Counted from the stretch's first letter, positions 20,718-30,308 are shown. The stretch: 64,000 nt of DNA from Planctomycetota bacterium (GCA_044225365.1 JBGAIQ010000004.1:96001-160000), one strand, 5' to 3'. Program-made: numbers and translations. The notes: generated from the sequence alone by a model not told the origin.

Positions 20718-20786
20718 GGCGGCGGCGGACCGCGTCCGCCGCCGCCGTTTTCGGCGGTCACGGACCGTGTCCGCCGCCGCAGTTTT
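20718..20786. repeat. Two REP-like palindromes of the 8949 family
   Basis: GGCGGCGGCGGACCGCGTCCGCCGCCGCCGTTTT followed by CGGCGGTCACGGACCGTGTCCGCCGCCGCAGTTTT. Confidence 0.7.
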
Positions 20787-20888
20787 GCTGCTGGCGCGAA
20801 GGATGGCTACGGCCGCCGTGCAGTATCGCATTCGACCCCCGACGTGGTCTAATCGCGGACGGTCGTATTGCGCGACGGCGAGGTAGCG

Positions 20889-21545
20889 ATGTTCTCGAGT
20901 TGGTGGATCACGGACTATCTGCAGGAGCGTGGCCCCGTCTTCGTGCTGTCCGTGATCGTCTGGGTCATCGGCTCGATCGTCCTCCACGAACTCGCGCATG
21001 GATGGATGGCGATCAAGTGTGGGGACGACACCCCGATCGAGACCGGTCACATGACGGTCAACCCCGTGGTTCACATGGGAGTCGTCGGGCTCGTCCTGTT
21101 CGCCCTCGTCGGCTTCGCGTTCGGCCAGATGCCGGTCAACCCAAGGCGATTCCGCGGACGCTACGACGACGCCAAGGTCGCCTTCGCCGGCCCGGAGATG
21201 AACTTCACGCTCGCCGTCGGCGCTACGGTCGCCCTCGTCCTCTTCGATCACTTCGGCCGCAACGCGTCCTTCTACGGCAACCTCCACACCAGTCTGGAAT
21301 ACGGCGCCCGCCTCAATTTCGCGCTCGGGTTCTTGAACCTGATCCCGGTGATGCCGCTCGACGGATCGACGGTACTCGCCCGATTCAGCACCTACTACCG
21401 TGACACGTTCACGGGACCGCAGGCACGATCGATGTCGCAGATGCTGCTGATCGTGATCTTCATCTTCGGGTCCTCGAGGGTCTTCGCTTTCTCTGCCCGA
21501 GTCGTGATGGCGCTTCGCAACGGCGTCGCCGACCTCCTGTTCTGA
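20889..21545 (+). CDS. Site-2 protease family (M50) membrane peptidase
   Basis: HELAH, AGP and NLIPVMPLDG motifs. Confidence 0.9.
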   Translation: MFSSWWITDYLQERGPVFVLSVIVWVIGSIVLHELAHGWMAIKCGDDTPIETGHMTVNPVVHMGVVGLVLFALVGFAFGQMPVNPRRFRGRYDDAKVAFAGPEMNFTLAVGATVALVLFDHFGRNASFYGNLHTSLEYGARLNFALGFLNLIPVMPLDGSTVLARFSTYYRDTFTGPQARSMSQMLLIVIFIFGSSRVFAFSARVVMALRNGVADLLF

Positions 21546-21558
21546 ATCGAAGTCGTCC

Positions 21559-22014
21559 ATGAGCCATTCGACGCGGATCCTCCTCGCCGACCTCGTGCTC
21601 TACGCGCACTTCGCATTCGTGCTGTTCATCCTCGGCGGGCTCGTCGCCATCTACGTCTTCGGCTTCCTGCGCCGGCCATTCGTCCGCAATCGCGCATTCC
21701 GCATCGCGCACGTCAGTGCGATCGCCTTCGTCACCTTCGAAGCGCTGTTCTCGATCACCTGCCCCCTGACGAGGATCGAGGGCGAACTGCGCGAAGAATG
21801 GCTCGTCGATGGCGAGAATCGGACCTTCATGTCGCGTTGGATCGAGAAACTGCTCTACATCCACGATCCCCCGCCCTGGCTCCTTCCTTCGGCCTATTGC
21901 GCCGTGCTCCTGTTTTCTCTCGCCGCCTGGCGACGCTACCCGCCCGTCTCGCGAAGCTCTCGCAAGACGCCGAACGCGGATTCGAATCGTCGCGACAACG
22001 TCGCGACCCGTTGA
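21559..22014 (+). CDS. DUF2784-like membrane protein
   Basis: LADLVLYAHFAFVLF, H, CPLT..E..LR pattern. Confidence 0.75.
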   Translation: MSHSTRILLADLVLYAHFAFVLFILGGLVAIYVFGFLRRPFVRNRAFRIAHVSAIAFVTFEALFSITCPLTRIEGELREEWLVDGENRTFMSRWIEKLLYIHDPPPWLLPSAYCAVLLFSLAAWRRYPPVSRSSRKTPNADSNRRDNVATR

Positions 22015-22177
22015 CGACCCTGCGACGAAATCGCCGCTCTCGGAGTTGACCCCGAGGGTGGCGAACGGCTCGTGATTTTCATACCTTCGGCGTGTTCGAA
22101 CGGGCACGCCGCGAGCGATGTGTGTCGCTTCCGGCGTTTCGAATACCCACGAAGTCCAGGTCAGGGAGGCCACTACT

Positions 22178-23749
22178 TTGCGTTTCTCTCCATTCTCCGC
22201 GCTGCTTCTTGGCAGCACTCTCATCGGCGCGATCGCGCCTCTCGGCTGCGCAGCCGACAAGTCCGACAAGACCGAGAAGGTCCCGGACGGTTGGTTCCTC
22301 CATGCGCAATCGAATCCGAACGCGTCGGCCGCCTACAAATGGCTCGACATCCTGCTCGAGACGAGCGCTCGCTCGGTGGATCGCGTCGGCGCACGCCCCA
22401 CCATCATCTCGCGCGAGATGGCGATCGTCGTCACCTCGATGTTCGATGCCTGGGCCGCGTACGACGACAAGGCGATCGGCACCCAGCTCGGCGCCAAGCT
22501 GCGTCGACCGGAAGCCGAGCGAACGCCGGCCAACAAGGAAACGGCGATCGCCTACGCCGTACATCGCGCGCTCTGCTTCGTCTACCCCGAGGACAAGGCG
22601 TGGATCGACGAGCAGATGACGAAGATGGGCTACGACCCGAAGAACGAGTCGGTGGACGCGACGACCGCGATCGGCGTCGGAAACCTCGCCGCGCAAGCCG
22701 TGCTCGACTACCGCCGCAACGACGGCGCGAATCAGTTCGGCGACGAGAACGGCAGCAAGGGCAAGCCGTACTCGGACTACACCTACTACGAATCGAAGAA
22801 TCCGAAGCCCGACGTCATCAACGATCCGGATCGCTGGCAACCGATCCCGTTCGCGGATGGCAAGGGCGGCAAGTTGCTCCTCAACTTCCTCACGCCGCAA
22901 TGGTATCGCGTGAAGCCGATGATGCTGTCGCGCGCCGATCAGTTCCGTCCGACGAACGGTCCGCCGAAGGTCGGCTCCGAAGAGCTGAAGAAGGAAGTCG
23001 ACGAGTGCATCCAGTTCAACGGGCATCTGACGCTGGAGCAGAAGGCCGTCGTCGAGTTCATGCGCGACGGGCCGCGTTCGACCGGTCAGTCGGGTCACTG
23101 GCTGCGCTTCGCGGAAGATCTCTCGCGACGTGACAAGTACGACCTCGATCAGGACGTGAAGCTCTTCTTCTGCGTCGGCAACACCGCCTTCGATGCCTTC
23201 ATCGCGTGCTGGGATGCGAAGCGCTTCTACGACAGCTCCCGCCCCTGGACCCTGGTGCGTTACTACTACAAGGGTCAGAAGGTGATGGGCTACCTCGGGC
23301 CGTGCAAGGGCTTCGGGGAGATCGCTGCCGAGGAATGGCATCCGTACTCGCCCGAGACGTTCGTCACGCCGCCGTTCCCGGGATATCCCTCGGGCCACAG
23401 CACGGTGAGCGCGGCCTGCGCGAAGATGCTCGAGAAGTTCAGCGGCTCCGACCGCTTCGAGTGCATCGAGCGCCGGCGCGCCGGCATCATGACCGAGGAG
23501 AATTGCGACAGCGGTCGCATGCAGGCCGTGAACGGCGTCCTGCCGCAACTCGCGCCCGGTCAGGAAATGATCGAGCTCAAACTTCCGACCTTCACGGCGA
23601 CCGCCGATTTGGCCGGAATCTCGCGCGTCATGGGCGGCTACCACATCCAGGCCGACAACATCGACGCGCTGAAGCTCGGTCGTCAGGTAACCGAATTCTG
23701 CTGGCCGCGATATCAGGCGTACATCACCGGCAAGCTGCCCGCGCAGTAA
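22178..23749 (+). CDS. Vanadium-dependent haloperoxidase / PAP2-superfamily lipoprotein
   Basis: WDAKRFYDSSRP, TPPFPGYPSGHS, SRVMGGYH motifs; lipobox PLGC; TTG start with GGAGG RBS. Confidence 0.85.
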   Translation: MRFSPFSALLLGSTLIGAIAPLGCAADKSDKTEKVPDGWFLHAQSNPNASAAYKWLDILLETSARSVDRVGARPTIISREMAIVVTSMFDAWAAYDDKAIGTQLGAKLRRPEAERTPANKETAIAYAVHRALCFVYPEDKAWIDEQMTKMGYDPKNESVDATTAIGVGNLAAQAVLDYRRNDGANQFGDENGSKGKPYSDYTYYESKNPKPDVINDPDRWQPIPFADGKGGKLLLNFLTPQWYRVKPMMLSRADQFRPTNGPPKVGSEELKKEVDECIQFNGHLTLEQKAVVEFMRDGPRSTGQSGHWLRFAEDLSRRDKYDLDQDVKLFFCVGNTAFDAFIACWDAKRFYDSSRPWTLVRYYYKGQKVMGYLGPCKGFGEIAAEEWHPYSPETFVTPPFPGYPSGHSTVSAACAKMLEKFSGSDRFECIERRRAGIMTEENCDSGRMQAVNGVLPQLAPGQEMIELKLPTFTATADLAGISRVMGGYHIQADNIDALKLGRQVTEFCWPRYQAYITGKLPAQ

Positions 23750-23780
23750 CGCACGCTCCGCGGCTCAGTTGATCCACCCA

Positions 23781-23806
23781 CGCGGGCGGCCCCTCGGCCG
23801 CCCGCG
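23781..23806. terminator. Perfect GC hairpin downstream of the haloperoxidase (terminator or REP-like)
   Basis: CGCGGGCGGCC-CCTC-GGCCGCCCGCG, 11-bp stem. Confidence 0.5.
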
Positions 23807-23828
23807 GTCTTGCACGGCCGACCCTTCG

Positions 23829-23996
23829 CTAAACGACCGTTCACGATTCCGCGTGGCCTGCGGCCGGCTGCGGAGCGCGGGGGCTTCATCGAACCTCCTC
23901 TCCGACTCACCTACCGAGTCGCCTCGTCGGTTCTCTTCGCCCGCACGCTCCTCGCTCGGCCTCGGCAACCACGCCGAATCGTGAACGGTCATTTAG
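23829..23996. mobile_element. MITE-like element, 168 bp, with 28-bp terminal inverted repeats
   Basis: 23829-23856 CTAAACGACCGTTCACGATTCCGCGTGG matches the reverse complement of 23969-23996 (CTAAATGACCGTTCACGATTCGGCGTGG) at 26/28; non-coding interior. Confidence 0.65.
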
Positions 23997-24006
23997 ACTG
24001 CCGTCG

Positions 24007-25473
24007 ATGACGCGATACGAGATCCGACCCGAGAACTGGCCGACGCAGGAAGAGGCGGAGCGATCGCTCCTGTTCTCGCACTTCCCTATCGGCACGCGCA
24101 CCGCGCTTCAACGCACCTGGGTGCCGGCGATGGTGCCGTGGCGCGCGAGCGAGGACGGGTTCGTCACGCAAGACGTGATCGACTGGTATGCGCGATTCGC
24201 CGCGGGAAGACCGGGCGTACTCGTGGTCGAGGCGACCGGCATTCGAGACGTTCCAAGCGGTCCGCTCCTGCGAATCGGCCACGATCGTTTCGTCGAGGGA
24301 CTCGCGCGACTCGTCCGCGCGGTGAGGGAATCGAGTGGCGGAGAAACGCTGCTCTTCATCCAGCTGATCGACTTCCTCTCGATCCGGCGGCGCCCCGAGC
24401 CGAGCAAGTTCTTCGAGCGATTCCTGGTCGTCGATCCTTCGGTTCGCGAACGCTTCGCGAACGCGACGAACGAACCGCGCTGGATCGACGCGCCCGAAGC
24501 CGAACTTCGCACCGCGCTCGCGAGCGTGAATCGAAGTGTGATCGAACTCGTCCTGGTTCCGCGCGATCTCGAGTCCCTCGACTTCGGCGCTCGCGAGCGC
24601 GTCACCGATGTCCATCTCCCCCACATCGCGGAACTCCCGCGCGTATTGCCCGATCTCTTCGCCGCCGCCGCGAGGCGAGCGCAACGCGCAGGATTCGACG
24701 GCGTCGAGCTGCACTTCGCTCACGCCTACACGATGGCTTCGTTCCTCTCGCGCAAGAACGATCGGACGGACGGTTACGGCGGAACCCTCGAGCATCGCGT
24801 TCGCCTGCCGCTCGAAGTGAATCGTCGCGTGCGGGAAGGCGTTGGCCAGGACTACGTCGTCGGCTGTCGGTTCCTTGGAGACGAGGTGATCGACGGCGGC
24901 TCCCGGATCGAGGACGCGACTTACTTCGGCGTCGAGTTCGCGCGCGCGGGGATGAACTTCCTCTCGCTCTCGAAGGGTGGCAAGTTCGAGGACGCGAAGC
25001 AGCCGCGTGTCGGTGCCGCCGCTTACCCCTACACCGGAATCAGCGGACACGAGTGCATGCCGACCGTGCGCATCGATGCGCCCGGACCCTTCGGTCGCAA
25101 TGTCCCGCTCGCCCGCGCCGTTCGCCAGGCCGTCCGCGGCGCCGGATTCGCAACCCCCGTCGTCGCCGCGGGCGGCATCAACTCGTTCCGCCTCGCCGAA
25201 GAGATCCTCCGCGATGGCGACGCCGACTTCGTCGCCGCCGCGCGCCAATCGCTCGCCGATCCCGACTGGTTCCTGAAGATACGAGAAGGACGCGGACACG
25301 AGATCCGTCGCTGCGTGTTCACGAATTACTGCGAAGGCCTCGATCAACAGCACAAACAAGTGACCTGCCAGCTCTGGGATCGCGAGTTCGATACCGCTGA
25401 GAACTCCTCACCCCCGATTCCTCGCAGCCACGACGGCAAGCGCCGTTTGCTACCTCCGCGCTGGATGCCGTAG
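24007..25473 (+). CDS. NADH:flavin oxidoreductase (old yellow enzyme family)
   Basis: RAGFDGVELHFAHAY..FLSRKNDRTDGYGG, AAGGI, ARQSLADPDW, C-terminal CxxxNxC. Confidence 0.88.
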   Translation: MTRYEIRPENWPTQEEAERSLLFSHFPIGTRTALQRTWVPAMVPWRASEDGFVTQDVIDWYARFAAGRPGVLVVEATGIRDVPSGPLLRIGHDRFVEGLARLVRAVRESSGGETLLFIQLIDFLSIRRRPEPSKFFERFLVVDPSVRERFANATNEPRWIDAPEAELRTALASVNRSVIELVLVPRDLESLDFGARERVTDVHLPHIAELPRVLPDLFAAAARRAQRAGFDGVELHFAHAYTMASFLSRKNDRTDGYGGTLEHRVRLPLEVNRRVREGVGQDYVVGCRFLGDEVIDGGSRIEDATYFGVEFARAGMNFLSLSKGGKFEDAKQPRVGAAAYPYTGISGHECMPTVRIDAPGPFGRNVPLARAVRQAVRGAGFATPVVAAGGINSFRLAEEILRDGDADFVAAARQSLADPDWFLKIREGRGHEIRRCVFTNYCEGLDQQHKQVTCQLWDREFDTAENSSPPIPRSHDGKRRLLPPRWMP

Positions 25474-25528
25474 AATCGCACGCGCGAAGAATTCGAATCC
25501 CTCCCATTGCAACGGCACGAAGGCTCCG

Positions 25529-26077
25529 ATGCGCTCCATCACACTTCCCTGCGTCCTCTTGATCGCCTCGTCCTGCGCGAGTTCCGCCCCGGTGGCAAGC
25601 GCGCCGCAGCCGCCTTCGCCGTCGGTCGCCCCCGTGAACTCGGGGACGAAGGCGGACGGACGATTCCTGTTCGGCGGCGCGCCGACCGCGCAGAGCATCG
25701 AACAGGCGAAGAACGACGGAGTGAAGGTCATCATCTCGAACCTCAGCCCCGACGAGACGCAGCAACTCGGATTCGACGAGGCGAAAGCCTGCGCCGCTGC
25801 CGGCATCGAATGGGTGAACATCCCGACGAAGCCCGATCACATCGACGTCGCCGCAGTCGACGCTTTCGCCAAGGTCGTCGAATCGACGCCGGGCGATGGC
25901 GGAGCGAAGGTGCTCACGCACTGCAAGAGTGGCAACCGCGCCGCCGGGCTCTACGCCGCATATCTGGCCCGCCATCAGAAGGTGCCCCTCGAAGAGGCGA
26001 TCGCGCGCGCGAAGGCGCTCGGCCTGTCGAAGGAGCCGACGATCGAGTCCGTCAAGAAGGTCGCCGCCGAACCCTGA
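25529..26077 (+). CDS. Secreted/lipoprotein PTP-like sulfurtransferase (DUF442/Blh-like)
   Basis: HCKSGNRA CX5R loop; signal peptide with Cys. Confidence 0.75.
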   Translation: MRSITLPCVLLIASSCASSAPVASAPQPPSPSVAPVNSGTKADGRFLFGGAPTAQSIEQAKNDGVKVIISNLSPDETQQLGFDEAKACAAAGIEWVNIPTKPDHIDVAAVDAFAKVVESTPGDGGAKVLTHCKSGNRAAGLYAAYLARHQKVPLEEAIARAKALGLSKEPTIESVKKVAAEP

Positions 26078-26117
26078 ACGGCACGCCTCCCTCATCGAAG
26101 CCTGACACTCGGAGCCC

Positions 26118-27554
26118 ATGACCATGCGCCGGATCTTCGCCCTCTCTTCCGCGGCCTTGCTCTCGTCGTGTCTCGCGTTCGAGTGCGCGGCACAGGTGCG
26201 ACTCACCTTCGTGAAGACGATCGACCTCGCTCCGGTGACGACGAATCCTGCGTCGCCGTCGTACATCGGCACGAATCCCTCCGCGGTCGCGTTCGCTGCC
26301 GGTGAGATCTACGTCGCGGGTTTCAACAGCGGCAACGCGGCGGGCAACGTCGGCATCGTCCATCATCTCAAGGTGCAGTCGGGCGGCTCCGACTTCGGCC
26401 CGGCGCTGGGCGTGAAGCTCGCGCCGATCGCGCGTGGCTACTCCGGCCTCGACATCGATTCGAAGGCCGGGACTTTGTTCGCAGCGTACGATCCGGGTAC
26501 GACCGATCCCGATGGGATCACCGCGTGGAACGGTCTTACCGGCGTGAAGCTGTGGGCCAAGGCCGCACGCGGCAGCAGCGGCAATGCCGTCGACCCCGGC
26601 TTCACGGGCGGCAATCCGGCGCTCGGCAAGGGCCTGGGATGGCTCACGCTGAGCGCGGCCGGACGAGCGCTGCAGAACAAGACGAGCGGCGTCGACATCT
26701 GGTCGACAGCGAACGGGATGTCGCTGGCGACGCCGCAGGGCCTGTTCTTCCGCGATCTCGCATTCGACGACATCACCGGCGACGTCTGGGCGCGCGCGGG
26801 CAACAACGTGCTGCACGGCGCCCGCAGCGGTGACAATCAACTGACGACGGTGTCGACGGCCTACGACTCCGTTCCGAACGCCGATTTCGTCAACGGCCAG
26901 AACCTTGCGTTCTGCCGCACGAAGTTCGGCGCGTTCGTGATCTTCAACGACCGCTCACAGACGACCCCGAATCAACCGCTGAAGAGCGTGTTGAAGGCGA
27001 TCCGCGAAGATGGCTCGAGCGTGCCGATCGATTTCGGCGCCTTCAACGCGCAGGACGGCAACGGGTACTACGACTTCGGCTACGACTCGAAGAGCGGCCT
27101 TCTCGTCGTCCTCGACTTCTACAACCGCAAGCTCTACCAGTTCCAGGCGACGCTGGTGCCCTTCGTCACGTACGGCCACGGCTGCGCGGGCTTCGGCGGT
27201 TTCGTACCCGAGTTGTCGTTCTTCGGCGATCCGGTCGAAGGCAACAACGTGCAGCTCACGATCGCGAAGGGCCTGCCGGGCGCTTCCGCCATCGTGTTGC
27301 TCGGACTCGGCCCTGCTGCCTCGCCCCTCGTGAATGGCTGCACGCTGAACCTCTCGTTCGTGTTGCCCTCGGCCCTCGGACCGCTCCCTCTCTTCGGATC
27401 GACTCCCGGCACGGGGACGATCACCGTCGGCGGACCGATCCCTGCCGGGGCCGCCGGCGCGACGATCTACTTCCAGGCCTTCATCCCCGACACCCACGTC
27501 TTCCAGGGATATTCGAACACGGCGGGAGTGAAGGTGCCGATCTTCGCGCCGTGA
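26118..27554 (+). CDS. Secreted beta-rich protein with C-terminal Cys-containing domain
   Basis: Signal peptide; C-terminal ~125 aa homologous to the tail of the 17660 protease. Confidence 0.75.
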   Translation: MTMRRIFALSSAALLSSCLAFECAAQVRLTFVKTIDLAPVTTNPASPSYIGTNPSAVAFAAGEIYVAGFNSGNAAGNVGIVHHLKVQSGGSDFGPALGVKLAPIARGYSGLDIDSKAGTLFAAYDPGTTDPDGITAWNGLTGVKLWAKAARGSSGNAVDPGFTGGNPALGKGLGWLTLSAAGRALQNKTSGVDIWSTANGMSLATPQGLFFRDLAFDDITGDVWARAGNNVLHGARSGDNQLTTVSTAYDSVPNADFVNGQNLAFCRTKFGAFVIFNDRSQTTPNQPLKSVLKAIREDGSSVPIDFGAFNAQDGNGYYDFGYDSKSGLLVVLDFYNRKLYQFQATLVPFVTYGHGCAGFGGFVPELSFFGDPVEGNNVQLTIAKGLPGASAIVLLGLGPAASPLVNGCTLNLSFVLPSALGPLPLFGSTPGTGTITVGGPIPAGAAGATIYFQAFIPDTHVFQGYSNTAGVKVPIFAP

Positions 27555-27700
27555 AGCGAGGGGCGTCGGGTTCGGACGCCGGCCGTAACGGCCAGCGGTG
27601 GCTGCGATCGACGGCCAGCGACCTGTCCGCGCGAAAGTAGGGGTCGACGGCTGTCGAGCTGTGCAGAACGGAGTGGTCGTGTCACGGGGAAGAACAGAGC

Positions 27701-27790
27701 CAGAGCCGCGCTGGAGCGCGGCGGTCCACCCAGAGCCGCGCTGGAGCGCGGCGGTCCACCCAGAGCCGCGCTGGAGCGCGGCGGTCCAGG
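27701..27790. repeat. Three tandem 30-bp palindromic REP-like units (CAGAGCCGCGCTGGAGCGCGGCGGTCCACC)
   Basis: Units start at 27701, 27731, 27761; internal GCCGCGCT-GG-AGCGCGGC inverted repeat; no spacers. Confidence 0.9.
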
Positions 27791-27791
27791 C

Positions 27792-29897
27792 CTACCAAAG
27801 GCGACGGTCGCGCTCGGTGAACGTCTCGGGTTGCAGCCGCGGATACAGCGAGACGCCGCTCACGCCGAGTCCGGCGTAGATCTCCACGGGGACACCGTGA
27901 TGTTCGCCGCGATAGGTTTCGGCGCGACCCGCGACGTATCGCCACTGCCATTCGTCCGCGAGCGCCGACGCTCGACGCGACTGTTCGGGAGAGAGCGCGA
28001 TCGTTCGCACTTCCGTCTTTCCGGCGTCTCGCACCTGGCAGAACGCCCGATCTCCGACGATCTCGATTCGCGAGGGCTCGACCTCGCCGTCGCGCGAGTC
28101 GCCGTTGCAAAGCCGCGCCTCGATCGCCAGATTCGGAATGAACTCCATCGCGACGGACAGCGGGATCGGCCGCGCGTCGTCGGGAATGGTCATCTTGGCG
28201 AGTTCCGCATGGGCGCGCGCGGACCAATCGGTGTTCGGCAGCGCGTTCTTCAGCCACTCGAGCCGACTGCGGCGCACTGCGCGCGGAACCTCCTCGTCGA
28301 GCATCGCGTCAACGAGCCTCTTCTCGACGCGACTCGTCTCCGACGCACTCGCTCCGGCCTCGCGCAGAGCGAGAAGCGCCTTCCAGTGGTCCGCGCGATT
28401 CTCGTAACGACCCGCGAGATCCACGAGCACGGTCTTCCGCGCCGGGTGATCCGGCTCTCGCCGCGCGAACCTCGCCTCGGCGTCGATCACCGGATGATCG
28501 TCGATCGGATTGCCGAAGGCGGAGTAGCCGGCCCGCACGAGCGTCGCCGGGATCCAGAGGATCGGCACCAGGTAGTCGAGCCAGATTCGCGTCTCGGCGC
28601 GCCGCGCTTCGGTGTACTGCCCGAGAGGATCGGGATCCTCCCGCCTACCGGTGAAGACGAAGCGCCAAGCTGCGCGCGAACGTGCGGCCTTCACGTCGGT
28701 GATCTCGCGGAATGGCGCGAGGTCGGGTTGTTCGAGGCGCGCCTTCGATCGGCTTGCGGTGGTCGTTCGATCGTACTTCGTGACGTGTGACTCCAGCGAC
28801 GACGCGCCGCTGCGACCGATGCGACCGACTCGGCGCAGCGCGTCGGCGTAGTCGATCACGCGCTCGAACTCCTGAAGGTCGCCGATGCCATAGAAGCGAA
28901 GCGCGCCGCGCGGAGTCGCCATCGCGCTCTCGTTGCGGGAGAGATAGGCCTCGACGTATGCCGGGTAGACCTTCTTCAGCATCGAGTCGGTGACGAGTCG
29001 GCTCTCGATCGGCGCCACCGCGAGCGCATCTTCGAGGCGCTTCGCCATCTCCTTCGCCCGCGCTTCGATCGCGGACCTTGCTTCGTGGATCTCGTCGCGG
29101 CGAACCTCGAGCATCTCCGCGACGCGAAGATGTGCGAGCGCGGTCGACAGATCGTCGCGATCGAGGGCGCGCCGCGATAGCCATAGTTCCTCGCGCGCGG
29201 TCTGATCGTGCACCTTGGCGATGCGCCGAGTCAGGCTTGCGTCGAGTTCGGGCTCGAGCCCTTCGAGCCGCAGTCGCCGCTCGAGCGCGAGCCTTGCGCG
29301 ATCCCGCGGATCGATCGGCAAGCCGTTCAGGACGCCCTCGATCCCGACGACGAGCGGCTGCAACGTTCCGACAGGATTGCCCGTGAGCGCCGCCGCAGCG
29401 GTCTGCACGATTCCGTCGAAGAAACCCGCGAAGGTCGAATAGACGCTGTCGGAATCGAGCGTTCGTGCGTACCAGACTGGATCGCGCTCGAGTGCCGCAT
29501 CGACGAGCCGGTTCGCGAGATCGTCGCCGGGAATCGAATGCTGCGCCTCGAGCGCGGCGATGCGGGACTCTCGATCGTGGTCGTCGGCGGCGCGCAGGAG
29601 GAGGAGCGCGCGCTCGAGACCACAGGAGGAATCGTTCGCGACGTCGCGCTCACGGACGAGACCCACGGCCTCGTCGATCGCCGTGCGGCGCGCATCGCCG
29701 TCATTGAGGAGCACGTTCTCGATCGCGGCGACGATCGTCTCGCGAGTCGGCCCGGGCGGCGGCTTCGGCGGACTCTTGGGTGCCGTAGCGGGTGTGGCGC
29801 GCTGAGCGTTCGCCGTCGCGGAAATGGCGAAGGCGAGCATGGCGAAAATCGCCAGGACCCGGCGACCGCTTTCAAATCGATCACGAGTCATCGGCAT
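27792..29897 (-). CDS. Hypothetical exported protein, largely helical
   Basis: 701-aa ORF with signal peptide (LAIFAMLAFAISATANA); no recognisable catalytic motif. Confidence 0.7.
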   Translation of the reverse strand: MPMTRDRFESGRRVLAIFAMLAFAISATANAQRATPATAPKSPPKPPPGPTRETIVAAIENVLLNDGDARRTAIDEAVGLVRERDVANDSSCGLERALLLLRAADDHDRESRIAALEAQHSIPGDDLANRLVDAALERDPVWYARTLDSDSVYSTFAGFFDGIVQTAAAALTGNPVGTLQPLVVGIEGVLNGLPIDPRDRARLALERRLRLEGLEPELDASLTRRIAKVHDQTAREELWLSRRALDRDDLSTALAHLRVAEMLEVRRDEIHEARSAIEARAKEMAKRLEDALAVAPIESRLVTDSMLKKVYPAYVEAYLSRNESAMATPRGALRFYGIGDLQEFERVIDYADALRRVGRIGRSGASSLESHVTKYDRTTTASRSKARLEQPDLAPFREITDVKAARSRAAWRFVFTGRREDPDPLGQYTEARRAETRIWLDYLVPILWIPATLVRAGYSAFGNPIDDHPVIDAEARFARREPDHPARKTVLVDLAGRYENRADHWKALLALREAGASASETSRVEKRLVDAMLDEEVPRAVRRSRLEWLKNALPNTDWSARAHAELAKMTIPDDARPIPLSVAMEFIPNLAIEARLCNGDSRDGEVEPSRIEIVGDRAFCQVRDAGKTEVRTIALSPEQSRRASALADEWQWRYVAGRAETYRGEHHGVPVEIYAGLGVSGVSLYPRLQPETFTERDRRLW

Positions 29898-29917
29898 CCA
29901 TCCGATCGAACGGCGAT

Positions 29918-30280
29918 CTACTTGCCGACACTCTGCTTCATGTTCTCGAGGTACTTCCGGTAGGTCGGCCGTGAGAGCAACTTGTTCTGCACGACGTGGA
30001 TCGCACTCGCGACTTCACCCTTGTCCATCGGATGCATCTCGGGGAGCGCGAAGAACGCTCCCGCGGCTTCGGCCAAGTGGCGCCAGCAATCCGCTTCGCC
30101 CTCGGTCATTCCGGCTCCGATCACGAATTCACGGTCCTTGTCGAGATCGACGCCATCCTCGAGCTTCTTGCCGTCGTCGGCCTTCGCCACCGCGATTTCC
30201 GGCAGGGTCGCGGCGCCCGCGATCACGCCCGCGAGCGCGAGCATGTTGCGGCGTGTGAGATCTTCGTTCGAATCGGTCAT
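29918..30280 (-). CDS. Small Tat-exported hypothetical protein
   Basis: Twin-arginine signal TRRNMLALAG..AVA; GAGGG RBS. Confidence 0.7.
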   Translation of the reverse strand: MTDSNEDLTRRNMLALAGVIAGAATLPEIAVAKADDGKKLEDGVDLDKDREFVIGAGMTEGEADCWRHLAEAAGAFFALPEMHPMDKGEVASAIHVVQNKLLSRPTYRKYLENMKQSVGK

Positions 30281-30308
30281 CTTTCGTCCCTCGCAGCGGC
30301 GGGCACGT

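Noticed and set aside
27701-27790. Possible CRISPR array (30-bp palindromic repeats)
   Set aside because: Units are contiguous with no spacers, and no cas genes are present.
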